DNA of 64,000 nucleotides, taken from positions 48,918,001 to 48,982,000 of the forward strand of contig NC_092345.1 of the NCBI RefSeq assembly GCF_963676685.1, read 5' to 3'. Origin of the DNA: Mytilus edulis (taxonomy: Eukaryota). The position numbers were made by a program, and so were the translations under genes. Below are positions 24,941 to 37,918 of the stretch, piece after piece. The notes under the pieces are model-generated. The model ran no database searches, was not told where the DNA came from, and was given only the letters and a program-made list of their open reading frames with translations. How positions within the stretch are numbered: position 1 is the first letter of the stretch; each line of letters opens with the position of its first letter.

Positions 24941-25275
24941 CTTATTTACAGTTCATTACGCATGACCGGATGTAGATGGGAGATAACTGCTTCAAGTTTA
25001 AAAAAGCATAAGCTTTCATAAAAGCTGAACCAGTCCGACTTTAAATACCGACCGTGCAGCCAAGGGCAGTATAGCCAATCAAGGACGTTAAAAACTTCCC
25101 TCGTCATTTCTATGCAGAAGTTGACATGTAATTCGTTGAAAACATTATCAGAGATGAAAGCTGAGAACAAAGTTGCAATGGTATAATTATAGTTTAATTT
25201 GAAACGCAATAGCTAACATATCCAACTAAGTTAGACATCACGTGACTTTTGTGACGTATTCTAGCCGCCATTTTG
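24941..25275 (-). promoter_or_regulatory. Candidate GAPVD1 promoter and non-coding first exon
   Basis: Strong minus-strand donor AAG|gtaagg at 24940. Clustered TCACGTGAC (25238-46), TGACGT (25252-57) and YY1-type GCCGCCATTTTG (25264-75). Exact TSS unknown. Confidence 0.55.
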
Positions 25276-25660
25276 TATTATATTTCCCCATATAAAATGC
25301 TTAGATGCTTCAATAAAGCTTAATTTTCTCATAAACCTGACCGGTTTTCTAAGTTATGCAAATCAATCCTTGATATTTTAACATATTTCTATCAAACAAT
25401 GTTGGTCCTAACAGTTTAATTTTTGATTAAAGTCTGTCATTTTAGACTTGTAATAACATGCACTTTTCTCGTCATTTCTCCGTTGCCTCCATGCTAAATT
25501 ACCGATACCCATGTCTACTTGTACAACAAATAAAGAAATTCCGTACATAAAAAACTAACTTTGCAAATCGATTAAGTATATTTAAACATATATCTGGCGA
25601 AGAATACTACTTAAAACAGTTTAATTTCAAGTAAAAGACTGTCAAACATCGATTTAAAAA

Positions 25661-25740
25661 AGGGAATTTTTCGGGATTTTTCAAAATGGCGGATGATGTA
25701 TATGGAAATGTTGCATCAAATCAAGGATTTGTGTAGTAAG
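25661..25740 (+). promoter_or_regulatory. Candidate divergent first exon (YY1-type CAAAATGGCGG plus donor)
   Basis: ATG at 25686 reads MADDVYGNVASNQGFV, then TA|gtaaga at 25735/6; kappaB-like GGGATTTTTC just upstream. Confidence 0.4.
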
Positions 25741-26924
25741 ACTTTCCTAGATTATATTGATATTTTCATGCAGAATTTCTGATGTTTTTGTTCTTTTCAT
25801 TGGTGATATTTCGATATGATTGATTTCAAAATTTCTTGATAAAAAAAAATATTTTAAGTGTGACACGGGAACATTTATTTGACAGAAATCCAGGATATAC
25901 TGTTACCAGAAAATAGCTTGCAATAAAATTATAATGAATTTTTTTCTCTTCTTTTTTTAAAGGTGTTTTTGTGTATATTTTATCTTTCTTTAGAAATATA
26001 TTTATGCATCCCTTTTAGAACAAAAAATGTTTTCATCCAATGAGAAAAAAAAAACCCAATGCCCAACAATTAATATAGATAAATAGTCTATACCTTTAAA
26101 AGTTCATCCATTTACAGAACAGGTGAACTCTGACTTGGGTTATAATGTTACATAACAATATATTGTCAGGTAGACGTGCAAACCAAAAGCATCCAGGTGA
26201 CATTAAACACCCTGTGTACACATGTATTACCAGAGTTTAAATTTTGCGATATACAAAAATTTTCACAAATGTACAAATAAACTTTCTCTTAATTTCCCGT
26301 TTCTAATCAGAAGAAGTATCTATCATAATAAACTTTAAGAAAATATGAATATTATAAAAATGTCTTTAAAAAAAAATTTTGCTTCAAAGATATTCAAATA
26401 TTTTCATTTTTCCATAATTATTATGAAGAAATATTATGATTCAAATTTTAATTCAAATGGATTTTTTTTTTTTATTTTATAGGAAATTCAACGAGATTTC
26501 ATTGCATATGATTTAATTTTTTTTTTAATTCAATATTTTAAGCTAAATCCAGGCATTCAATGAATCTTTAAAAAGTTTAACATTTGTAAAAAATAGTTTA
26601 TTGTTTACATTTAAACAGAGACGTATAATACGATTGCTCTGATTTTAATAATGTTTTATACCCTATAATGTCTATCGACAGAGTTATCGGTCCTGAATAG
26701 GACTGATATAGTTGGGTATGAGCTCTCAGATTTTTGAATATTGTATTTATTGGTGTTATATCATTTTGATTTTGTTAACGGTCACAATAAATCATGGGAA
26801 CAGTATATATACTTGTTCCAGGTAAATCATAAAAAGCGAACTAAATAGTATTGGTATCTAGATATGCACTTTCATGTCGAATATTGTATCCTGGCATCAA
26901 GGGGCACAATGTCATGTTTTTTCT

Positions 26925-27396
26925 CTGACTGTTTATGTCGTCTTTACACTAAATCCATTGGGTGTTAGATGTGTACTGATTGATAAGTTTGTCTAAGATG
27001 TGTGACTTTTTATTATTTGTTTTTGACTTTGAACTAGCTGTCAGTAACTGCGAGTACTCCAGTCAGATCTGTACTTTGTGGGTTTTTTGTTGGGATGTAC
27101 AAGTACCCGGTGACGTCCACTCTCAGTTTTTGTTTCATGTATGTCTATTTGTATCCATCTGACTGTTTATGTCGTCTTTACACTAAATCCATTGGGTGTT
27201 AGATGTGTACTGATTGATAAGTTTGTCTAAGATGTGAGACTTTTTATTATTTGTTTTTGACTTTGAACTAGCTGTCAGTAACTGCGAGTACTCCAGTCAG
27301 ATCTGTACTTTGTGGGTTTTTTGTTGGGATGTACAAGTACCCGGTGACGTCCACTCTCAGTTTTTGTTTCATGTATGTCTATTTGTATCCTTCTGA
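26925..27396 (+). repeat. Near-perfect 234-bp tandem duplication inside a SINE-like repeat (repeat extends to about 27830)
   Basis: 26925-27158 is repeated from 27159 with only a few differences. Confidence 0.9.
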
Positions 27397-29485
27397 TGAG
27401 TAGCCTTTTTTCAACTGATTTTTTATAGTTTGTTCTTGTGTTGTACTATCATACCACGATCTGAACTATCACACCACCGCGTCCAAAGTTAGGGGAAAGT
27501 TGAGATCCCGCTAACATGCTTAACCCTACCATATTCTGTATGTATGTATTTCAGTATTTCAGTGGTTGTCGTTTGTTGCTGTGTTTCAGATTTGTTTTTC
27601 GATCATTTTTTGGTACATTGATTAGGCCGTTAGTTTTCTCATTTAAATTGTTTTACATTTGTGATTTTGGGGACTTTTATAGCTGACTATGCACGGTGGT
27701 ATTGGCCTTGTTCATTGTTGAAGGCCCCGGTCGCTGACACATATATGTATAGCTGTTAAATTCTGTGTCATTTGGTCTCCTGTGGATATTTGTCTCATTT
27801 GGCAATCATAACACATCTTCTCTTTTTTATATTAACTGTCATACTTTGGATCCCGAAACATTAACTAAATTGATCGGTTATGCCGGGACATAACATTTCT
27901 TAATCAATAATTGGGTCACAATTACCAGTGTTTCACTTGAGATTATTAGCAAAATCGCATAACTTGAACAGCATGCTGATTGACTGATCTTTACTCAAAA
28001 TGCTATAAAATTTATATCGGCACGAGACGTTTGCACATTTTGATAGAACATTTTGCGCTTTAACTGCTAAGTTATTAGTGCGTTTTTATGTGATATAAAT
28101 TTGCGTTTTATGGAAATAACATTTTAGTTGTCATGGTTAAAGTTTAAAAAATGATAAGACTAGTAAAAAACACAACACATTCAATTATTTTCTAAACTGA
28201 ACATCAAACTTGTCACACAGTTTGTTCAAAGCCGAATGTTAATGAGTATCATAATTGCAAATTTAATCAGTAACATATGATATAAAACGGAGAAATGCCT
28301 AAAACTACCATTTATAGGTTAAATTTGCGGGACAATATAATTTAGTTGCATGTTCCTTTATTGCAACCAGCTGTGATTCACCGTCACAAACCGTCACAAA
28401 CGTTTTAGAATTTTGAAAACACATGAGCAACTTCACATATAAAGCCAAAAATTTAAGCCTTGGTTTTTCTACATCTAAACCTCTACATCAGCTCCAAATC
28501 TACATAAGAACATGCATTAAATACTTTAGTAAGACCATACATGGAAAATGCCACGACAGTATCAAATATGTATCTCCAAAAACTTAAGATAAAATCGAAA
28601 AAGTGCAAAGACGAACCCAACGAAACGGGATCAATACACCCACGGCCAGTGTCAGAAACTTGATAAACTTACATAGGATGTAAAAGTTGACAATCGAGGC
28701 ATAAAACACACGATTTGTCAATAGATATATGTAACAAACTAACAAACGACTTGGTAGCAATAAAAGAGAATAATTATTTGAAAAAAACAACCGCACAGTA
28801 AATCATTTAACAACCCAACAGACTTCAGAAACTTATTAAACGGCGATCTGTCTCAAGATATCGCAACAGTAAATCAATTCTCAATTGGCAAATATTAGCA
28901 CACTATGTAACGAATTTTTACCGACTATCTTTATATGTTGAATTTAGACTAAAGTTGTCTTATATGCTATCATAACACGTCTTCTTATTTCTGTATTCAA
29001 GTGTTCAAGTGTTCAATTTTAATAACCTTCTTCAATTGATCTGCACTAAAAAAAACTTATGTAAGCGACAAATATTTATTATCAACAACCTTGATATAAC
29101 AATATTAAACAGAACTTTAATACTTTTAAATAATCATACAGTGCCTAAGTCATAAATCCACTACTAATTCCGTGTATTGGGATAAGCCCCGCCTCCCTAC
29201 TAACCTAGTATTGAATATACACGGTCTCCACGAGGTCGCTTTTAACCAATCATATTCCTAGAAATGTATAGGAGGTAAGATAAAACTAAATAACCTTATC
29301 AGCAATATAGTCCTTCTGTCCGTCCGTCTGATCGATGACTGTACGTCCGCTCTTCTTAGCGCTTTCGCGTATACAATTATTGCCAGATTTTAATTAAACT
29401 TATATCATAGTTTTCTATCAGCACTGTTTCGATTAGGTTTGAAAATCAGTGCCGATCAAATATAGCCCTTGGAAATATTGGTTAC

Positions 29486-30541
29486 CAGGGACGGATCCAG
29501 GATTTTGGAAAGGGGGGTCGAAATTTTTAAAGATCGCCGAGCGGAGCGAGGCGAAAATTTTTTTGGGCCCTTTTTTGGGCTAAAAACATAAAGTAAAGTA
29601 ATATGCTCTTTTTTTAAAAACCGTTCCTGGCGTGGGGCATATTTTGTAGTTGTTGTAAAGGTGTTTATAGGGTTGGACATTTCCGATGCTGTATTCTCCC
29701 TATTTTTTGTCTATCATATAAGAACATTCCGGTCAGACATTAAAACCCCTGCCACAAAAAAATATGCCTGTTTTATTCATCATGTTCATTTAATGCCATA
29801 CAATTCTGTTGGAAATATTCATTTTGTGGACAAGATTTTTGTTTTCAATCCACTATACGGCCAGAATTTTTCATAAAGGCCACACCCAGCAGGCAGGTTG
29901 CAGTTTGGTCTTGAAAAAAAGTATTCCATATATCAGTTCGGCGAAACAGACATTCCGGTCAGACATTACGGCAAAAATCAGAGTCAATTTTTTTCTCTCA
30001 AATATCTAAGACTGTCTCCTTAAACCCATTGGTTCGTACTTACGACTTTAAATCTATCTAGAGCTTAAAATGACTGCCCCAGGGATCATTATTCAGCTAT
30101 GTTATTTTAAAATAGGCTGAGGCGTTTGGGGTTTTTCGTAGTTAGATGACTCCTTTGCTGTGGAGTGAGAGTCTATAGAGTATTACTTTCTGTTTGGTGG
30201 TATAGTGAAATAGAAGTCAATACTTTGTTGCTATGAAGGTGTCATGATTGTCATCCTCACTCAGCCAAAGCATTGTGTTACTGTAATTTGACAGAGCGAC
30301 GCCTGGTCAACTCCACCGTAGCGAATCACATGACTTTGATAATCAGTAAATTTCAGCAAAATATATCTTTCTAAGTAAAGAATTGTCGCATAAAAATTAA
30401 ATACTAGAGTACTAAGGTACACGGGAAATGGCAAAGTCTGATTAATCATTAAAATTACAAAAAAAAAAAAAAAAAAAAAGTCCGAGCAAAAAGGGGGGGG
30501 GGGGCGTACGCCCTCTACGCCCCCTTCTGGATCCGCCACTG
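29486..30541. mobile_element. About 1.06-kb non-autonomous DNA transposon with 5-bp TSD
   Basis: GTTAC|CAGGGACGGATCCAG ... CTGGATCCGCCACTG|GTTAC. Confidence 0.75.
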
Positions 30542-32020
30542 GTTACATAGAAATAAATGTGTTAGCGCTCTGATGTATACAAGTCCTGCCAAATGTCTAG
30601 GAAACTTAAATTCCATGTTTATATCTACAATGTCTCGGTAAGGTCGAAAATCAATGCAGATCAATTATTTTTAACAGTAAAATTCACTAAAGTTTTTGGG
30701 ATTTTTTTGGATAGTGGAATACTCAGTTAATTATATTGCAAATTGCATCGTATTTGCTCTGAAGCTATCATGTCTCTTAGACATGCTCTTGGATAAAAAA
30801 AAAACATTGGAACTCTGATCTTTCATTTATTATATATGCGCTATTTGCCATAGGCAGTATATTGAAGAAGAAAGAAGAGAGAAGAAGAGAGAAGACGAAG
30901 AGGATGAAGAATTAGCCAATGCAAAATAGAAACTACCTAAATCTTTCAGAAACATATGTCACACGACATCTCGACTGTTCCCGGTTGTTGATAACAGAGC
31001 TAACTTGAAATGCCTGTTTGTGAATTAAATGAATGACCTTATTATTTGTTGAAAACAACATTGATATCTGGTACCCACTGTGGTCAGTTCTGTTTTGATA
31101 TCTTTATGATAACTAGATCGCTAACCGAACAGCTAGTTGAACGACACATTATAGCAATGCAGTTTCCATATTTTTACATACGGTTACAAGTTTTGAAAAA
31201 ATGCATAAAGATACAATTGAATGTTCATTTTACCTTATGACAGGTCAGCGCTTGTTTTTGCATTTTTCTTGAAGTACTTGACAATGAAAATGAAATTTGT
31301 CAATGGTATTTGAAATGTTCCGTATTATTTGTTTCATATGTAACGTGTTCTGCGCAGTTTCATATACTCTCCGGAAGTAAAAAGAGAACAATATAAAGAA
31401 CGTCACAGTTGCACCACTGGTAACGTCTTCAACGTTGTTGCAAAGGATCGACAAAGATTGACACACAGATCGTTGTATATTTCTTTAAGATTGTTTAACA
31501 GTTTTACAAATTATTACAGACGTATTTATTGTGAAAGGGACAGATAATTGTAAAGAAGGTAAGTTATTCAATTTAATATGAATTTCAACAGGTATTTTTT
31601 TTTCATGCTTATGTAGAACGATGCAACTAGAAGCAACATCATACCGTGCAGATATATGTTCAACGTGTTTATTAATGCTTAATCAATTAACGTCAAAGCA
31701 GTGCTAACATTTACAAACTTTCAACATTACAAATTCAGGGAAAAAATCTTGCATTATCATAATGATATTTGTAGCAATAATTTAAATAGTTAAAGCACTA
31801 TTATATTTGATTAAAGTAAAAACTACTTTGTACTTGTAGTCTTCATAACACTAGGGGTGCAGACGAGAAACATGTTGCATTTAACAAAACAAAACGGCAC
31901 ACGACAAGATATATTAAGTGGACCCCTTATTATTCCCTTCCATTACATAGACAGACAACGATGCCAGGATTCATATTTTTGAAGAAACTTGTTTGATTTA
32001 TTTTTCCGGGTCCATTTTAG

Positions 32021-35000
32021 ATGGCTGAATTACATAATGTAAATGAGGTATTGGAATCCGAAAAGAGAAAACTCCAAGATGACTATGACAGACAAATTTA
32101 CGAAGATTTGTACAGAAAATCAGGTTTGTAATTGAACATTAACAGCTTTGAAAAAAAAAGAAAAAAAAAAGAAAGAAAACTAGTATTTCAAGCTACTCAT
32201 AAAAGGCGGTTACTCTAAAAAGAGCATTGTGAGAAAAGTAAAGAAATAAAGTAAGTGGAGTTCTGACTTGGTTTGTGATGGATAATAATACTGGCTCACA
32301 AACTATTATGAATTTCAGGAAGCTGTATGAAAATTGCGCTTAATGTTTGCATTATGCCTTATATTTTGCATGTGTGTTGTATTATAATTTCAGTTGTGCT
32401 AGTTATTATTCTGTTCTGGCATGATAAGATGTGTAGTTAAGAAATGCTTTGCATGTATTTCATTATGCCTGTGCTGTTTCTATGCATTTGAAATAATTTG
32501 CTGCTAATATATATCCAATGGACATGCTGTGTTTGAATGTTATGTACAGTATATACGTTAATTCTATTCGTCAAAAGCTCTCAAGAGCTTGATATGTTAG
32601 TATTGTTATATATATGAACAAAATAAAAAAAAAACTTTCGTATATCGTATACATATAAAATATGGCCCAAACTGACACAATTTGAACAACTTTCATCATA
32701 CATGTTTCAAAGCTGACTTTGTGACTTATGGTATATCAATGGATGAAAAACTGAACATTATTTTCATACAATTAATTTAGGAAGTAATTAGAAGAGGTGT
32801 ATTGAATAATATAATAGATTTTTTTCTCTCGTTTTATTTAGTAATTGATGGTATGAAATGTCTGTTTTATTGCAGAGGCTGCAACGGCTGCAACAAAGAA
32901 GTTGTTAGACGAACTCAAAAAAGAGGCCGAGTCTATCTCGGAGTTAAATGTTTGGAAAGATATTGAAAATATGAGAGTAGCATATCAGTATGAAAAAGAA
33001 GAATACTTTCTCTGTGAAAATATAGGTTTGTATTGATATTGATTAAGAGGGGGTGAGGAGGGGGGAGAGGTACTTCAATTTAAAAAAAAAGATCGATAGA
33101 CAATAAAACACTAAACCGCAGTGGAAACGTAACTCATGCAATCAGGATCATTGTTAAAGTCCAAAAACAACACTGAAAGTTACGAAACTCTTGGTAAAAA
33201 TATTTGTTAACTTTGCATTTTCTGCTTTGATCATTATTTATTTATTTATTAAGTAAACTCATTTTAACAATTCTTCATATATTTTAGATGAAGCTAATGA
33301 AAATCAAACCGGTAACGAACAAGATGATGTCGACGATGAAATATTTGATGAATTCAGGAATGACCAAAATGAAACCGATAAGAAACCAGATGAAAAGGGA
33401 CATGAAAATGACGACAAATCACAGATACAGAAAAAAGAAGCTGTAACAGAGACGGAAAATCAAGACTTCAGACAGAATGATGTTGGTAAGCTTTAAACTG
33501 CAAGCTGATATCTGAAAACAAAACATGCTGTGACATATTTTGAATTTCAAGAAAAAACTACGATCTAAAATGTTCGCCTCATTACGAGTCACACACATCA
33601 CTGTTTCAATTTAAGACCTCAAGGTTTACTCTTAAGTCCAAGCATGAATAAAACTAAAGCTTAACGTATATGAATGACCTTTGCTATCAATGGTATTCAA
33701 AGTCAATATTTTCTTATACCTATAGGTTATCACATTTAATTTTGTTTCTCCCGGCCGCCAATAATACAATTTCACTTGATGATAAAATTTTCAAAACATG
33801 ATATCAAGTAAACTTATTTTCATCTATATAGTTCAGTTTCAGAAGATTTGTTCGATATTTCAGTTCCAATAGTGTCCAGCGACAATTCTTGGTGGATCGC
33901 AAGTGAAAATGTTTTACCTGAAATTTTACCTGAAATAAAAGAGGAGAAAACATCTGGAGTTAAATACATTTTCACTACATGTAAGTTTTACATAAGACAT
34001 AAATACGAACACTTACATACCAATATTGTTTGATACTGTAAAAAAACAAAAGAATGATTGGATAAAATAATCCCGGTAAATTTATAAAACTTTGGCATCA
34101 CACTATTTCCGAAAGACTAATTCAGGTAAATGTCGTTATTTCTCTGTTGTTATCGATGAAAGGTGACCAAGAAAGGGTCAGAAGAGCCTTTATTTAAAGT
34201 TCTTTTATGTTATTGTACAGTTTGAGAAATGGGTATTATTGACATCGTTATAATTGCTTGCAGGTCCTTATTCAGAGATTGCGCACATTCACCAAAGGGA
34301 TAAACCAATATGGCTTGATATAGATTTAAAGGTAACGTATTGATAAAATGTATATATACATTTAAGGAATGACTGTAATATTTTTTCTGTCTATGAAGAA
34401 ATAACATTAAAAATTTGGTGCACACTACGCGCGTTATTTAACAGTGTGCACCACATTTTTTATGTTATTTCGAATAGACAGAAATATTATTACAGTCACT
34501 TCTTATAATTTAATTCTAAATTCCATTTTAAACCGTAGAAAACCATGAAAAAACGTTGATGACGTCACGGTCACATGACTAAATTATGTCTATGGGCTCG
34601 TAACAAAATAACGTCAGCCAATCGGAAGACGCGTTACATCCAAAATTAAATTATTGCAATATAGTATTAAAAAAAAACTAACTCTAAGCTGAAAGTCCAT
34701 AAAACCCGGAAAGTTATCAGTACGCTCGACTATACTAACAAAAAAAAGGCAATTATAGAAAAACTGTCACATTCCTGTCATTAAAAAAAAGGATCCGTCA
34801 AACAATTGTTTTAGCAAGCTAAAAGTAGATGTGGTATGATTGCAAATGAGACCAAAGTCCCCATGGACAAAATAATGATGAGGAAAACATCTACTGGTCA
34901 CTGCACGGCCTTCAACAATGAGTACTCTTTAACTGAACAAAATATTGATATTCTTCTTGGATACATGCAATTATTCGATGTTAACTATATATGTCATAAT

Positions 35001-36133
35001 TCACACAATTACATGCATATTTAAAATTATATCAAATTTCCCTCCACAAATTGTTGGAATACTACTTTAGAAAAGAAATTAGAACTAAAATTGACACCAA
35101 GGGTTTCAAAAAGTGTTATTATTAGTGAAGAAATATAGTTAAAACTCCGACCATAGATATCTATGCTCCGACCAAGCAAATATCCAAGTGTTTAAAAATG
35201 CTTTATTTTATTAGAAAAGTGCTTCGTACGCGTGAAACTTTTAAAGTAAAGTTTTTTTTAATGCATTGGGTCAATACATTTGGGTCAATACCTTTGTTTG
35301 TGGACTCTCAGTCCACGATGGTACCAGCAGCTCAATAGTCGGTACAGGCATGATATATTACAAAATTCCGCATATAAATTGAGAAATTATCAAGAAATTA
35401 GGTTTCAACTCTTTTGAAGTGTTTCTATAATGCATAAAAATTTTAGTCAAGTTTAGTCTAGATTACACTATTAATCATTCGTCACCTTAACTTTTCTTAT
35501 TGTTATTGTGAATTTGATATTTCCTACAGAAAGAGATTGTACTAGGTGAGCCGGATGAAAATGAAAAGAAGGCGATGGAACTAGAAGAAAAGAAGATGGG
35601 AAAAGAAACAAGAACTAGTAATCTTATTTACAATGGAAAAAACAGAAAACAGAAGGAGGAGGAAAACGAAAATAAAAAGAAAAGAAAAACAGAAATATAC
35701 AATATATTGAATTACGGTACAAAAAAGAGACAGACAAAGGAGGATAAACAAACTAAAAGTAAACAAACAAAAGGTATAACAAAAGTATATATAGAACACA
35801 CTCAACTCCAATGTGTTTTTATCTCATATTGTATATTGTATTTTTATCTAACAATTTGTTTTTGTGGTACATGCATTTCTAAAATGTTTTCGTCATTATC
35901 AAATGATTTTTTTTTTGTGTATATATATTTGTATATGTCCTAAATAAAAAAAAAAGTTAACGAAAAATATATCGTAAATGCGATTAGCATTAAGTTTGTA
36001 GTTAACAACACGATTCATAACTGGTTGTGTTTATTTTTCAGGTGAACCAAGCATGAAGAAACATATCTTCCAAGATTTCATCAATTCTTTGTTTTCATGC
36101 TTCAGAAAAACCAAACCGGAAGAAGTACTTTGA
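32021..36133 (+). CDS. Uncharacterised 332-aa Glu/Lys/Asp-rich protein, 7 coding exons
   Basis: Exons 32021-32123, 32876-33025, 33288-33485, 33837-33980, 34264-34331, 35530-35773 and 36042-36133 are all GT-AG with phases 1,1,1,1,0,1 and give 999 nt with no internal stop. Upstream non-coding donor AAG|gtaagt at 31558; AATAAA at 36183. Confidence 0.8.
34362..34655. mobile_element. About 300-bp non-autonomous element with internal 140-bp hairpin (possibly Crypton-like)
   Basis: Near-identical reverse complement of 37919-38228; internal inverted repeat gtgcacac..gtgtgcac. Superfamily is a guess. Confidence 0.75.
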
Positions 36134-37254
36134 TTAGACATTTTAATTCATAGTGATTATTTTTTTCTTATTTTACTCGATGAATAAATGTTTATTTTCA
36201 TCACATCTTTGATTTCGTTATTTTTTAAATAATGATAATTTATAAACAACTGCAAATGATTGAAATACTTTATTTTATATAAGGGATGAGAACCCAATAC
36301 TGAATGTTATACTTATATGCAGTTATACATACATGTTCATCAAAACGAAAAAAAAAGAGAAGAGGAAAATGAAAATGAAAGAAAGAAAATTACAAGTCAA
36401 ACATCCCAAAATGAGACTGATAGTATAGAAACTTGTTGCGTATATTAACTTTAGATGCCTTTATGTTTTATTAATGATGTCGGGTTGAACACAACCCATC
36501 ATAATCAGGCAGGGAAGCTCAGTGGGTAGAAAGTAAAATCACAAAAATACTGAACTCAGAGGAAAATCCAATCGGAAAGTCCATAATCACATGACAACAT
36601 CAAATGACAAAACACATCAAAAACGAATGGACAAGAACTGTCATATTTCTGACTTAGTACAGGCAATTGCTAACATTAAATCTGAGCTGATACCGTGTGT
36701 TAAATATCCACCTTTACTCCTGCTACGAGTGTCTTGTAAAATAATTAGGAATAATTGAGCATCCGGGAAATACCACATACTTGATAACAATGAGTTTTTT
36801 CACGATTCATAAGTCCTTTATGGCTTCAATGACATTGACCAAACATTCTGAGGACTTACTTTGTTTTTATTGGATACCTTTACTGCACACAATTTTGGTC
36901 AAACAATGATACATGTCGATCTCGTCGACACGTTCTACAATGGAATTATCTACTAGATTCCGTCTGCAGTGAATTAATGTCTCCAGAAATATTCGAAACT
37001 GTATACTCGAGTAGTCGTATTAACTAATTATATATCATGTTTATGTTGATTTTAAAAACACTAACTTTTGGATTATCTTTAAAATTCGATCCTTCTTAAA
37101 AAAAATAGTGGAATTCAAAACCTTTAATTTTCAAATCTTCATACCATCATTCCCCATGTTAAATTGAAAAATCATTTATAATGCTTTTCATTATAAAAAA
37201 AAGCTTTGAGATACCATTCGACATATTTTGACAATAATGAACAATAAGGTAAAA

Positions 37255-37735
37255 CATCTTACACCGAGGAAAACATGATCAGTATACTTGAGTTTCTTAT
37301 TGACAACATATTTCTTGAATTTTGAAGTGGGCCTTTTCAACTAACTGACGGCATTTCTATGGGAACCAAGCGTACACCTACTCATGCCGACCTCTTCTTA
37401 TTTTCAAATGAGTCCGAGTTCCTTCAGACAATCGAATAAAACAACAATATCAAATAATCCAAATTTAATTTCACATTCAGATAAATTGATGATGTCCATT
37501 CAAATTCGAACTTTTTATGATTGTGTTCCATTATTATGTACTCCCGAGCTAGAAATAAATTATAAAGTAACACCAGATACGACTGCCTACGCCTCATGTT
37601 TAGCATACAATGTATAATATGCCAATTTGACAAAAGTGGTCATCTCAGTACTAAAATCTATGACAAAACAGACGATTTTAATTTTGAAATTATAAATTTC
37701 CCTTTCCCTAGCAGTTATTATATACTAACTTCATC
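37255..37735 (+). pseudogene. Decayed Penelope-like reverse transcriptase fragment
   Basis: Translates as LEFLIDNIF..GISMGT..ADLFLFS.E..FTFR*IDDV..TKIYDKTDDFNFEIINFPF with stops and frameshifts; homologous to the 55950-56325 ORF. Confidence 0.75.
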
Positions 37736-37918
37736 TCAGATAAAACTAGGTTACATCCACCATTTTGTATAAAAGGAAATGTATTACTAAGTCCGGATTA
37801 TATAACAGTTGTTTTTCATTCATCTAATGTGTTTGAGGTTTGGATTTTGCAATTTGTTGACTCTCGTGTTGAATTTTCCTTGAATTTCGGCATTTTTTAT
37901 AATTTTAATTTATACTTG

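Noticed and set aside
27392-27425. CTGATGAG resembling a hammerhead core
   Set aside because: No GAAA box or closing stems follow; it is part of a SINE-like repeat.
35774-35943. Hydrophobic tail of the 122-aa ORF suggesting a transmembrane segment
   Set aside because: It is intron read-through past the donor at 35773/4; the spliced model continues at 36042.
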